The translations under genes and the position numbers were made by a program. Source: an uncultured Verrucomicrobiota bacterium (GTDB lineage: Bacteria; Verrucomicrobiota; Kiritimatiellia; CAYTQP01; CAZOLK01). Taken from it: a stretch of 54,788 bases of DNA. Position 1 is the stretch's first letter. Each line of letters starts with the position of its first letter. Below the pieces are notes generated by a model. It had not been told where the DNA came from. It made no database searches and was given only the letters and a program-made list of their open reading frames with translations. Location: positions 1 through 54,788 of the forward strand of contig CAZOLK010000005.1 in NCBI GenBank assembly GCA_964580325.1, read 5' to 3'. Shown piece by piece: positions 1 through 8,468 of this stretch.

Positions 1-453
1 GATCACAGCGCCCGCGGCCCACGCGCGCAGCCGCGGCATCTGCCATAAGCCGCTGGCGGGAATGGCACCCAGCGCCTGCGCGCCTTCATCGACCGTGCGC
101 ACGGCAAACAAGCGCTCATTTTCGCTCAGGCACTGCTTCTCGAACTGGCAAGCGTTAATCAGCACATTGCCGCTCACGCCATAGGCCTGCTCCAGGGCCA
201 CGGCCGTACGTTCGGCGCGGCCACGGCGTACGGCTGGAACCAGGATACGCAACAACAGGCCGCCCGCCGTCAACAGGGCCGCGGCCACGGCCAGTGGAAA
301 ACGCAGGCCCGCGGGCAGGTGCAGCAGGTTATCGAACCAGCAGAGCGCCAGCCAGCCTCCCAGGCAGGTGGCCAGCCACCAGCAAACGCCCAGCGCGACA
401 TGGGCCCATTTCATGGCAGCGCCAGCGTGGTTGAGTTGGGCGTGGATCTTCAT
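1..453 (-). CDS. Membrane protein, 5' part only (ORF runs off the left window edge); DUF4175-like topology (tentative)
   Basis: My own translation of complement 453->1 gives MKIHAQLNHAGAAMKWAHVALGVCWWLATCLGGWLALCWFDNLLHLPAGLRFPLAVAAALLTAGGLLLRILVPAVRRGRAERTAVALEQAY... It stays open for all 151 codons to the edge, so it is absent from the ORF track (no stop in window). It has two hydrophobic helices followed by an Arg-rich loop. The ATG at 453 lies 4 nt after the upstream stop. The family call is from memory only. Confidence 0.5.
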   Translation of the reverse strand, partial: MKIHAQLNHAGAAMKWAHVALGVCWWLATCLGGWLALCWFDNLLHLPAGLRFPLAVAAALLTAGGLLLRILVPAVRRGRAERTAVALEQAYGVSGNVLINACQFEKQCLSENERLFAVRTVDEGAQALGAIPASGLWQMPRLRAWAAGAVI

Positions 454-457
454 CGCA

Positions 458-1540
458 TCACTCCTTACCTGCTTGCACCGGCAACAGTTTGGCAGCCAGG
501 TCCGGAGAAACGACCACGGGCGGTACTGTTTCGTTTTTGGCCAGGATCCCGCGGAAAAAATAGCCGCGGCCAGCGACCATGAGCCGGTTCTCGTCGCCTT
601 CCTTCCAACGCCAGATTCCCAGGCGCCAGGGTTGCGAGCGTTTGGCGCCAAATGTGGTCTGACCGGCGCGGGTCAACATGAGCAGCGAATAGACGTCCTT
701 TGTTTTGGAATCGCGCCAGACGCCCAGCAAGGCGCGCTCGTCAAAAAAATCGCTGACATGCTTCAACTTCTCGTGCACCAGCTTTTCCAGGGCTTGCTGG
801 TCATCGCCCTCAAACGCGGGCCAGGCCACGGTCAAGGTCGGGCCAGCTTCGGCAGGCACTGCATGGATGGCCAGAAAAAGCGTGGAGCCCAAGTCCGAGG
901 GCATATGGAATGCCTTGACATCCGCCTTTTTTTCGCGGCTCCGGCAGGCCTCGAGCCGAACCAGGGCGCCATGGGTCAACGCTACGATTTCCTTGACGCG
1001 CCCCAACTCGGCAGGCGGTTCCAACATGCAGCCGCCCTCGACTGCCTGCCCGACCTGGTCGAGGGTGATGCGCACGGGATAAACCAGGTCCTCGAAAGTC
1101 TCTCCCTCCTTGCCGTGCAATTTTGAGCGCAACACAGCTTTATGGGTTTTGTTGGACGTCTGCACATAAACGACCGTGGTATATAGATGCCCTTCCACGG
1201 TTTCGCCACCGGCGAGTACAGCCGTGGCGCGAATATGGCAGGTGGGATAAGGTTTGCCGAATTTCTCCTTGCGCGTCTGGCCGGCCACGGGAAAACGCCA
1301 ACGCTGCTCCATCTTCTCCTCGACCGGCGCAAAGCGCAACTCGCGCAGCGCATCCAGTGTAAAGGTGTGCAAATTCTTCTTATCGCCATGCAACTTGAAC
1401 GCGGCGCCGTGCGAAAGCGCCAACACGCCGCTCAACGTCCCGCCGTCGGAAAACTGGACCATGCCCTGACGCACCGGCTCTGCGGCCCGCGCACCAACCC
1501 AGACCAGGATCAGCATGAGATGCATCCAGAACCTTTTCAT
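458..1540 (-). CDS. Secreted hypothetical protein (signal peptide)
   Basis: 360-aa ORF with a signal-like N-terminus, MKRFWMHLMLILVWVGARAAEP. It is tightly packed with both neighbours (1-nt and 4-nt gaps). The overlapping + strand ORF 368..1126 has Arg/Gly/Ala-rich composition typical of antisense ORFs in GC-rich DNA. I recognise no motif. Confidence 0.6.
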   Translation of the reverse strand: MKRFWMHLMLILVWVGARAAEPVRQGMVQFSDGGTLSGVLALSHGAAFKLHGDKKNLHTFTLDALRELRFAPVEEKMEQRWRFPVAGQTRKEKFGKPYPTCHIRATAVLAGGETVEGHLYTTVVYVQTSNKTHKAVLRSKLHGKEGETFEDLVYPVRITLDQVGQAVEGGCMLEPPAELGRVKEIVALTHGALVRLEACRSREKKADVKAFHMPSDLGSTLFLAIHAVPAEAGPTLTVAWPAFEGDDQQALEKLVHEKLKHVSDFFDERALLGVWRDSKTKDVYSLLMLTRAGQTTFGAKRSQPWRLGIWRWKEGDENRLMVAGRGYFFRGILAKNETVPPVVVSPDLAAKLLPVQAGKE

Positions 1541-1541
1541 A

Positions 1542-2132
1542 CTATTTACCAGATTTTATATCGGTGATGAATTGCCGTGACGGATATTTGCCGTAGAGCA
1601 CCCGGTCCGAGTTATCGCAGATTTTATCGGCAATGAACACGCACTCGGGATAAACCTTTGGGTCAAAAGCCACATCGCTTGGCTTGGTGGCACCGAACGC
1701 GTCAGGACTGTTCTGATTGAATTCGAAAAGCTCCGTGGTGCTCCGGCCGCAATGGGTTTTGCCGATATTCGCGGTGCGATAGCCTGCATCACGCAACAGC
1801 GGCGGAAAACAAACTTGCTGCTCGAACATCCGGTGACCATTGCTCCAAACGCCATGCTTGGGAATGTAGCGGCTGGTCATCATCGAGGCACGGCTGGGCT
1901 GGCAGAGCGGATAATTGCAGTACGACCGGGTGAACGTCACGCCACGAGCCGCCAAGCGGTCGAGGTTGGGCGTCTTGAGCGCTGGGTGGCGCCCCATGAA
2001 GCCGAGCATATCGCCGCGCCACTGATCAGCCATCAACCACAAAACATTAGGCCGCTCATCATAATGACGGCGCAAACTTTTGGGTGCTTGCAAGGTTCGG
2101 TCGACGCCCGGCGGATGCTGTTGTTGGCTCAT
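1542..2132 (-). CDS. Sulfatase-family protein, N-terminal fragment only (196 aa; probably truncated or pseudogenised)
   Basis: Sulfatase N-terminal hallmarks are present: PNVLWLMADQWRGD, CQPSRASMMTSRY (the C-x-P-x-R formylglycine motif) and IGKTHCG. Family members are normally over 400 aa. No sulfatase-like continuation exists in any frame downstream, and the next gene starts 1 nt after the TAG. Confidence 0.65.
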   Translation of the reverse strand: MSQQQHPPGVDRTLQAPKSLRRHYDERPNVLWLMADQWRGDMLGFMGRHPALKTPNLDRLAARGVTFTRSYCNYPLCQPSRASMMTSRYIPKHGVWSNGHRMFEQQVCFPPLLRDAGYRTANIGKTHCGRSTTELFEFNQNSPDAFGATKPSDVAFDPKVYPECVFIADKICDNSDRVLYGKYPSRQFITDIKSGK

Positions 2133-2135
2133 GCT

Positions 2136-2852
2136 TCAATCCTGTTCGATGATGGCGTAAAAGACATTCGGATAGCTCCGAATTTTGTCGTATAAACGCA
2201 ACATGGTATCACGATAGGCAAAAGTCCATACCATACGGTTGACGCGTTCGCCCACATCGGCATACAGAGCGACGGTAAATGCGATCTTGAACGCTTTGAC
2301 ATTATTGGATAGCGGGCTGTCCAGAATTTTATCGATTTCATAGCGCAGCACTTCCTCAATCCGCGACTCGGAGGAAAGGAACTTTTCGATGCTTTTCCAA
2401 TGCTTGGCCCGTTTGCGCAGAAGCGATTGGGGTGGATTGGTATAGCGGTGCAGCTTGCGGATTTCTTTTACAATGGCGCACCGGTCCTTGATCTGCGGGT
2501 CATTTACATAGCGTTTGACAAAAAGGTTGTACTGACGCTCCCACTCGCGGTGCTCTCTTTCCGAAGAAACAAGTTCGATCTCCCTCAGCCGGCGAATGAT
2601 ATGATCGATGTACAAAGCACCCATACGGCTGGTCAACAGCGCCTTGACCAGCATGATCTGCTCGTTCGACCACTGACGATGTTTGCCAATGGTATCGAGC
2701 TTTTCCGGTACGCGTACTATACGCTTCCAATAGCGGAGGTTAAAACCGGGTCGCTTCTTACTGATGAAGTTAATTCGTTGTAATTCGCGCTGATACCCGC
2801 TTTTCCTGTACAGATGCGTTATCGGATCAGGTAATAAAGGTTCTATTTCCAT
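2136..2852 (-). CDS. Hypothetical basic cytoplasmic protein
   Basis: The track ORF 2136..2861 starts at TTG. The first ATG is at 2852 (MEIEPLLPDP...). The protein is Lys/Arg-rich with no TM segment or recognisable motif. Its stop lies 3 nt before the sulfatase-fragment start, so the two are probably co-transcribed. Confidence 0.5.
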   Translation of the reverse strand: MEIEPLLPDPITHLYRKSGYQRELQRINFISKKRPGFNLRYWKRIVRVPEKLDTIGKHRQWSNEQIMLVKALLTSRMGALYIDHIIRRLREIELVSSEREHREWERQYNLFVKRYVNDPQIKDRCAIVKEIRKLHRYTNPPQSLLRKRAKHWKSIEKFLSSESRIEEVLRYEIDKILDSPLSNNVKAFKIAFTVALYADVGERVNRMVWTFAYRDTMLRLYDKIRSYPNVFYAIIEQD

Positions 2853-3030
2853 GAAACTCAAATTAATGCAATCAACATCTTATAGCAATACTCTACACTC
2901 ACAAAAAAGCAAGACTTCATGGGCGAAAATTTTTGTTTCCGATGAACTCGATGTTGATTAAACAGCTATTTGTGGTTATATTTAACGAAAATCATGTGAG
3001 AACTTTTTAATTATTGAAAGGTAACGCAAA

Positions 3031-3417
3031 ATGCCCATGCAAGCAGCTATGGGTGCACTTTGCCAATGCATGTTTGGCACCGCGCCCTGCACCATGATCG
3101 CTCTACCCACGGGGTTGGTCTTTACGACAACACCGGCAGCCAATATTATGACCAGCGTACCGCTGTTGAACCTGCCAACCTTCGGCACCTGCTCGAATCC
3201 GGCCAATCCCACAGTGGCTTCGGCTACAGCCGCAGCCAGCGGCGTGCTGACGCCCATGCCCTGCATCCCGGCCACGGGTACGCCCTGGTTTCCCGGCTGC
3301 ATCACCGTGCTGGAAGGCGGCATGCCGGGATTGAATGACTGTTCCAAATGCATGTGCTCCTACGGCGGCATGGTCTCGATATCCTTTGCCGGACAAGTGC
3401 TGGTCAATGCAACCTGA
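3031..3417 (+). CDS. DUF4280 (PAAR-like) domain protein
   Basis: 128 aa. The blocks CQCMFGTAP, PAANIM, FGTCSNPANPTVASATAAASGVLTPMPCIP and TVLEGGMPGLNDCSKCMCSYGG match my memory of the DUF4280 (PF14107) consensus over the full length. ATG start. Confidence 0.85.
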   Translation: MPMQAAMGALCQCMFGTAPCTMIALPTGLVFTTTPAANIMTSVPLLNLPTFGTCSNPANPTVASATAAASGVLTPMPCIPATGTPWFPGCITVLEGGMPGLNDCSKCMCSYGGMVSISFAGQVLVNAT

Positions 3418-3423
3418 GCGGTT

Positions 3424-3747
3424 TTGAAACAGGCACCTTATCCCTACCAGCAACATGCCTGTCCGCGCTGCGCCCAGGTGTTTAACATGGACGAAAGCCT
3501 CGAGGGCGTGCTGGTTACCTGCCCGGAATGCGGTTGGAAATTCAAAGTGCCTTCACGTTTTGTCCCCAAATACACACCCAAACCGCCTTCACGCAAACCA
3601 AGCTTTGCTGGCCTGGGCTATCTGCTGCAAGCCTTGGGCCTGTTTCTCTGCTTTCAACTGCACGTCATCACCATTCTGGCCGGCATTGCCATGCTGTTTG
3701 CCGGAACAAAACTGATCATGGGGGAAAAGAGAAGAACGAACGACTGA
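3424..3747 (+). CDS. Zinc-ribbon (MJ0042-like) protein with C-terminal TM helix
   Basis: TTG start 7 nt after the DUF4280 stop. It carries CPRC-x16-CPEC followed by GWKFKVP, then a Pro/Lys linker and one hydrophobic helix (LGYLLQALGLFLCFQLHVITILAGIAMLFAG). Confidence 0.6.
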   Translation: MKQAPYPYQQHACPRCAQVFNMDESLEGVLVTCPECGWKFKVPSRFVPKYTPKPPSRKPSFAGLGYLLQALGLFLCFQLHVITILAGIAMLFAGTKLIMGEKRRTND

Positions 3748-3798
3748 ACGAAACTCGTCCGCATGTCCAATCCCACGGAAATCACTTTCCTTTCGCAT

Positions 3799-4137
3799 TC
3801 AGCCAAAGGCGCCCATCTCGTCCAAAACTTGCTTCAAGTCATTGATGTCCACGGTCATATGCAAGGATCTGTCCACGGATTGCTCATAGAGCGGCTCCAG
3901 GAAAATCTGCTTCCAGTCACGACATTTTGCGGTCAATTCAACGTACCTGTCCGCAAGTACACATGCATCTTCAAGAACTTCCCCGAGATCCTTGACCATA
4001 CGCCGAACCAGCGCCTCTCTCTGAATCAACAAGGCCTGGACATCGGCCGGAAGTTCCTCCAGTCGTGGATGTAAAGCTTCATTGATCTCCTTCATCATTC
4101 GAGCGTATGACGTATAACGATTATCAGCCTTCATCAT
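3799..4137 (-). CDS. Hypothetical helical acidic protein
   Basis: 112-aa ATG-initiated ORF, convergent with 3424..3747. No recognisable motif. Confidence 0.45.
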   Translation of the reverse strand: MMKADNRYTSYARMMKEINEALHPRLEELPADVQALLIQREALVRRMVKDLGEVLEDACVLADRYVELTAKCRDWKQIFLEPLYEQSVDRSLHMTVDINDLKQVLDEMGAFG

Positions 4138-4828
4138 GCTCCTTATTCATTCCACTTCCGCAGAATATAACGCCTGTTCGCGGACAAGTCCAGCGGATTG
4201 CGAAGAATTGCGGAGTTACGAAACCGCTCTTACGACCAGGCAGGATGAAATGAAAGGGATGACATCGTCGAAGATCGCGACAAGGATCGGGATGAAGAAT
4301 ATGGGATCGACGAAAACCGAAACGAATATGGGAATGAAGATCGGGGGGAATAAACGGGAGTCGCAGCAGTCACTTCAAGTTACTTCGTTGCGGATTGCCC
4401 CAACAAAATCAGATTGCGTATTGCGACACCCGACATCCGACACACTCGACACCCGCCCCTCACCACCCGCCATGGCATTCGTGTTGCTAAGGAAAATCCA
4501 TAGGCTATTTTATCAACAAAAAGTGAAGGGCACGACAAAACAATGATGAATGTCAATGGGAACGATCAATCGGCGGCCACGCTGCTGCACCAATCGCGGG
4601 ATATGTACCAGGCCATACAACAGAAAGGATATTCGCTGGTCAGAAACGGAGGGCGCGACAAAACCAATAAACAGGAAGAAAAAAGCCATGATGAAGAAGT
4701 TCCCGCGTTTCCCAGGGACGGCATTGGACAGATTATCGACATCCAGGTCTGACCCGGATTGAAAAACTTAGAAGCTTTAATGCAACAAGCGAATAATCTA
4801 CAGAAGAGAAGCGCTGGAACTTGGGTGT

Positions 4829-5051
4829 AGCGAGGCATAGGAAGGCAATTCCACCCGTTATAATCTCCAGCGCTTATTCTTTTCCGCTCTAAGTGCCCTC
4901 ATAAAAAAAACATACCATTTCGAGGGCCAACGATCCATCCAGCGGCGTTGCTAAAAATCGAAATATTCCAATATTTCTGCGTTTTTGCGCCTTGCTGGGC
5001 TGGGCAACTTGGCTCCACATAAGGTCATGTTATTTTCCCGTGAACCCTAAG
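4829..5051 (+). repeat. Intergenic imperfect-palindrome repeat, copy A
   Basis: The segment 4897-5051 aligns almost base for base with 22390-22543. The AT core gaaatattccaatatttc lies at 4960-4977. The left unit (4829-4896) is degenerate. The right end overlaps the TAG (5047-5049) of the downstream minus-strand gene. Confidence 0.7.
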
Positions 5052-8000
5052 GAAGCTTGGCGCCAGTCCTATAAATTCTATATGTACCAACGTTGGTCAC
5101 AGTCAACTGTACCGCGGACCCATCAAATTTTCCTGGGACATTTAGACCATAGGGAATCCAGTTTGCGTTCAAAAGATTTGTGGTCCACCATACATCGTAC
5201 AGGCTGGTATTGGTGGACGGTGGACCGAATGTCATGATAAGTGTCTGCCCAACAGAAAGCTGCGCATTGGTTATCACATCGACCGGCACACTGTTGGAAA
5301 AGACTGGCGATGTACCCAGCGTATACTCATCCAGGTTGGAGTAGCCGTCGCCATCGCTATTCAGCGAAGCCTGCATATTGGTTTCGTTGCCGAAATACCT
5401 GCTCTCCCACCAATTGGGCATGCCATCCCCATCGCTGTCTTCCGCCGCCCCTTGGCCCAGGGTTTGTACCATTTGCGTATTCGAATGCTTGCTGACAAAG
5501 ATCGCATTGGTCGCCCTGACCCGGTAATAATACACCATCGCCGGGGTCAAGCCAGTGACCACCATGCTGGTAACATCGCCCACAGCCCGCCCCATGTAAC
5601 CACCGACAAATTCATTGGGGTAGTCGGAATTGTGCGTTTTGGGCGAGGCTTGACTGCCGGGTAAAGCCGACCACTCGCCGAAATCTGAATCCTGTGAGGC
5701 CTGGGTCACATCTGGATTGCGGTTCAAAGATTTATTCTGAAAGCTATTGGTAACAACAAGCAGGCAATCCACGCATTGCGTCGAAGCGTTGTAAAGCATC
5801 GCGCCCTCCGGACCGAATTGCGGCAACCCGTCCCAGGCGGACAATGGCGTAATAAACCATGTTGTCGTGAAGTCGGCATTGGTGTTGTCGGGATGTCCGC
5901 AAATCACGGATTCACCGGCTCCAAGCTGACCGGACAGGGTCCATTGCGTATTGCTATAGCCGCCGCCAATGGCCTTCACGCTCCAACCATCAAGCGATAC
6001 AGGGCTTTCACTGAGATTATACACCTCGATATAGCGATCGTAACTACTCGATATTGGAGCCAGTTCCGACAAAATTACGCCCTGCCCTGCCCCTCCGCCT
6101 TCACTGCCGCGAAAAGAACTGTCGCGAGCAACATCCAGAAGATAGCCGGCAGCATAGCCGACATCCTGCCAGTTGGCCCGGAATGAATTCGAAGCAATGG
6201 CATCGGCGGCATACGCCACTGGCACTGAAAAGACCGCGCCAGTGCCGGCTACCATGAAATCGAACGTGTAAATGGTGGGGTCGTTGTTGAACAGAGAGAT
6301 CGTGGCCATACGCTCGCCGGTCAGACGCGGATCAAACCCGATAACCAGGTTGGACGCGGTCATGGGCGCAACATGCGACGGCACGGACTCCACCGAGAAA
6401 TCGGCGGCGTGCTCGCCTGCGATATGGATGCCGGAAATGCTGAGCATATCGTCGCCAAAATTGGTGATCGCCAGTGTACGTGTGGAGAGGCCGGAATCCA
6501 GGTCATATGCGCCGAACTGGGTGCCGCGCGCCAGGTCCGGGGCCACATCCCCGTTCGGGATTTCGACGCCATTGACGCCGAGCACGTGCATCCGCGGTTG
6601 CCGTCTGAGCGTACGCACAGCCTGTGTATTGGAATTACCACTATACAGGCTGCCGCTATACGCACGCACCCGGTAATAGTATAGCGAGTTCTCGATCAAG
6701 CCGGTCACCATCTGGCTGGTGCTGTTGACCAGTAGATTGGAATACCCCGGCAGCATGGACAGAATCAAACCGCCCGCCTGGTCGATGCTCAAATCGTCCA
6801 GCCAGAGCTTCATGTCCTGTGCCAACGAGTATTTATAATACAAGCCCATGTGCGCCGTGGTAGTGTGATTCGTATCCGTAGCCGTACCTTGGGTGGCAAG
6901 ATTGTCAAAACCACCGTCGGCATCGATACGCAACGTCCATTCGCCGTTGGCGTTACGCATGACTTCAAAACCTGCCGCCCGGGACGTGCCAACAAGGCCT
7001 TCCCAGTTCAAACCGGAATCAATGAGCACCGTGGCAAAACCGGCATTGATCTCGTACAGTTTAACAGTGTCATCGGATTCATAGAAATTAACGCCTACGG
7101 CATACCCCTTGGCACTGCCGCCGCGGCCCATTTGCGCGGCAGGCTGATCGGCCATCAGGTAGAACGTCCAGTTATTGTTGCCTGAAGGAGCATAGCCATG
7201 GCGAACCTGGAAACGCCATATAACAGTCTGACCCAGATTCAAACCGGTCAGCGGCCTGGATACAGTGTCCGTTGAGGCATTGGTGCTGTTGTAAATATGA
7301 TGCAGCGAATAGGATCCGTTGATGGGGCTATCCGTGGAGGCGGCCCAGCGTCCCGGCGTGCTCTGCTCCCAGAGCGAAATGCTGCCGTTTTCAAAATCGT
7401 TGCTCATGAAGGAAGTTATACCGGCCGGCGTACCGAATTGCTGGTGGTCCGAAACATCCAGCCGGTAACTCACGGCCCCCGGCACGTTGCTCCAGTTGGC
7501 GGTAAAACCGGAAGCCGTCACCGGATCGGCGGGCAGCGCAACCGGCACGCCAAAACTGACTGTAATGTAATCGGTTTTGATCTCTGTATCTTCAGCAGAA
7601 AGCTGATCGCGAACATACAGACTCACGGTATAAACTCCGGAAGTGGCGTAGACATGCTGAGGGCTGACACTCGTGCTCGTGGAACCGTCGCCGAAGGTAT
7701 AGGTATGCTGGTATGGCGCCTGGCCGCCCGAAGTCAGATCCGTGAACTGCACGGTCAACGGCGCTGGACCACTGCTCGCATCAACACTGAAATTCGCATT
7801 CAGCGAAGGTGTGCCAAAGCTCTGACCCGCATTGATGCTGCCGTGCGAAGCAATGTTAGTGGCCCAAATGAAATTGTTATAAGTCGCTCCAGTTCCCACC
7901 AGTTGCAACGATTGCCCTACAGCCACGGGAGGTTCCGAAGCTTCGATGTCCACCGAATCCATGCCCATGGCCGGCCCATCTGCAGCCGTGAAGCTGCCCT

Positions 8001-8352
8001 CATAACTCAGGAACTGAATTACGGAGGTTCCGTTCCACACCAGGGCGATGCCGTCGGGATCGCCATTTTGAAGGCCGGTGAAGTCAAACCAAACCGCGCC
8101 GTACCCACTGCCTTCATCATTGATCAAACCGGTAAGGCTGACACGGTTATATTCAGAGCCGTCATTTCCGTTATAGCCGATCAATTCGTAACTGCTCAAA
8201 TCCGTGCCGGCCGTACCCGCAACTTCGACGCCTTCGTCTGCATCTCCGCCATCGTTATCGTAATGGAACTCATTGATCCACACTTCGCCAAAACAGAAAC
8301 TGCCCGATAGAACAAGGGCAATCAACATGAACATAGAGCCATTCTTTTTCAA
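5047..8352 (-). CDS. Large secreted surface protein (lamin-tail, PKD, Fn3-like and TSP3-like modules)
   Basis: The track ORF runs to 8367 (TTG). A second TTG at 8352 has GAGGAG 7 nt upstream and gives the signal peptide MKKNGSMFMLIALVLSGSFCFG. Modules seen: lamin-tail-like (WINEFHYDN..DEGVEV, and ILSELAP..YIEVYNLS); PKD (LTVQFTDLTSGG..YTFGDG..HVYATSGVYTVSL); Fn3-like (GFTANWSNVPGAVSYRLDVS, FRANWQDVGYAAGYLLDV); DSDGDGMPNWWE..SDGDGYSNLDEY. Confidence 0.85.
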   Translation of the reverse strand: MKKNGSMFMLIALVLSGSFCFGEVWINEFHYDNDGGDADEGVEVAGTAGTDLSSYELIGYNGNDGSEYNRVSLTGLINDEGSGYGAVWFDFTGLQNGDPDGIALVWNGTSVIQFLSYEGSFTAADGPAMGMDSVDIEASEPPVAVGQSLQLVGTGATYNNFIWATNIASHGSINAGQSFGTPSLNANFSVDASSGPAPLTVQFTDLTSGGQAPYQHTYTFGDGSTSTSVSPQHVYATSGVYTVSLYVRDQLSAEDTEIKTDYITVSFGVPVALPADPVTASGFTANWSNVPGAVSYRLDVSDHQQFGTPAGITSFMSNDFENGSISLWEQSTPGRWAASTDSPINGSYSLHHIYNSTNASTDTVSRPLTGLNLGQTVIWRFQVRHGYAPSGNNNWTFYLMADQPAAQMGRGGSAKGYAVGVNFYESDDTVKLYEINAGFATVLIDSGLNWEGLVGTSRAAGFEVMRNANGEWTLRIDADGGFDNLATQGTATDTNHTTTAHMGLYYKYSLAQDMKLWLDDLSIDQAGGLILSMLPGYSNLLVNSTSQMVTGLIENSLYYYRVRAYSGSLYSGNSNTQAVRTLRRQPRMHVLGVNGVEIPNGDVAPDLARGTQFGAYDLDSGLSTRTLAITNFGDDMLSISGIHIAGEHAADFSVESVPSHVAPMTASNLVIGFDPRLTGERMATISLFNNDPTIYTFDFMVAGTGAVFSVPVAYAADAIASNSFRANWQDVGYAAGYLLDVARDSSFRGSEGGGAGQGVILSELAPISSSYDRYIEVYNLSESPVSLDGWSVKAIGGGYSNTQWTLSGQLGAGESVICGHPDNTNADFTTTWFITPLSAWDGLPQFGPEGAMLYNASTQCVDCLLVVTNSFQNKSLNRNPDVTQASQDSDFGEWSALPGSQASPKTHNSDYPNEFVGGYMGRAVGDVTSMVVTGLTPAMVYYYRVRATNAIFVSKHSNTQMVQTLGQGAAEDSDGDGMPNWWESRYFGNETNMQASLNSDGDGYSNLDEYTLGTSPVFSNSVPVDVITNAQLSVGQTLIMTFGPPSTNTSLYDVWWTTNLLNANWIPYGLNVPGKFDGSAVQLTVTNVGTYRIYRTGAKLP

Positions 8353-8468
8353 GGTACTTCTCCTCAACTAACACCATGCAATCTGATTTTAAATTATCAA
8401 TTTTGAATTACCAAAACATTGTGAATGGCGAACACTACGCCAGCATTGTGCAGAGACCGTTTCCATTC

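Noticed and set aside
368-1126. 252-aa + strand ORF, together with 705..1082 and 1187..1567, overlapping the 458..1540 minus-strand gene
   Set aside because: The composition is Arg/Gly/Ala/His-rich, typical of antisense frames in GC-rich DNA. There is no signal or motif. The minus-strand ORF has a signal peptide and fits the tightly packed operon.
4136-4752. ORFs 4136..4546 (136 aa) and 4543..4752 (69 aa) in the 0.7-kb gap
   Set aside because: The first is translated from the purine-rich GGA tract and has low-complexity M/K/G/T composition. The second has only a weak ribosome-binding site (gaaggg, about 14 nt upstream) and no motif. I cannot support either as coding. The region is reported instead as a possible ncRNA.
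7297-8310. 337-aa + strand ORF inside the 1106-aa surface-protein gene
   Set aside because: It is antisense to a gene with clear PKD, lamin-tail and Fn3 motifs. The product is Arg-rich and low-complexity.
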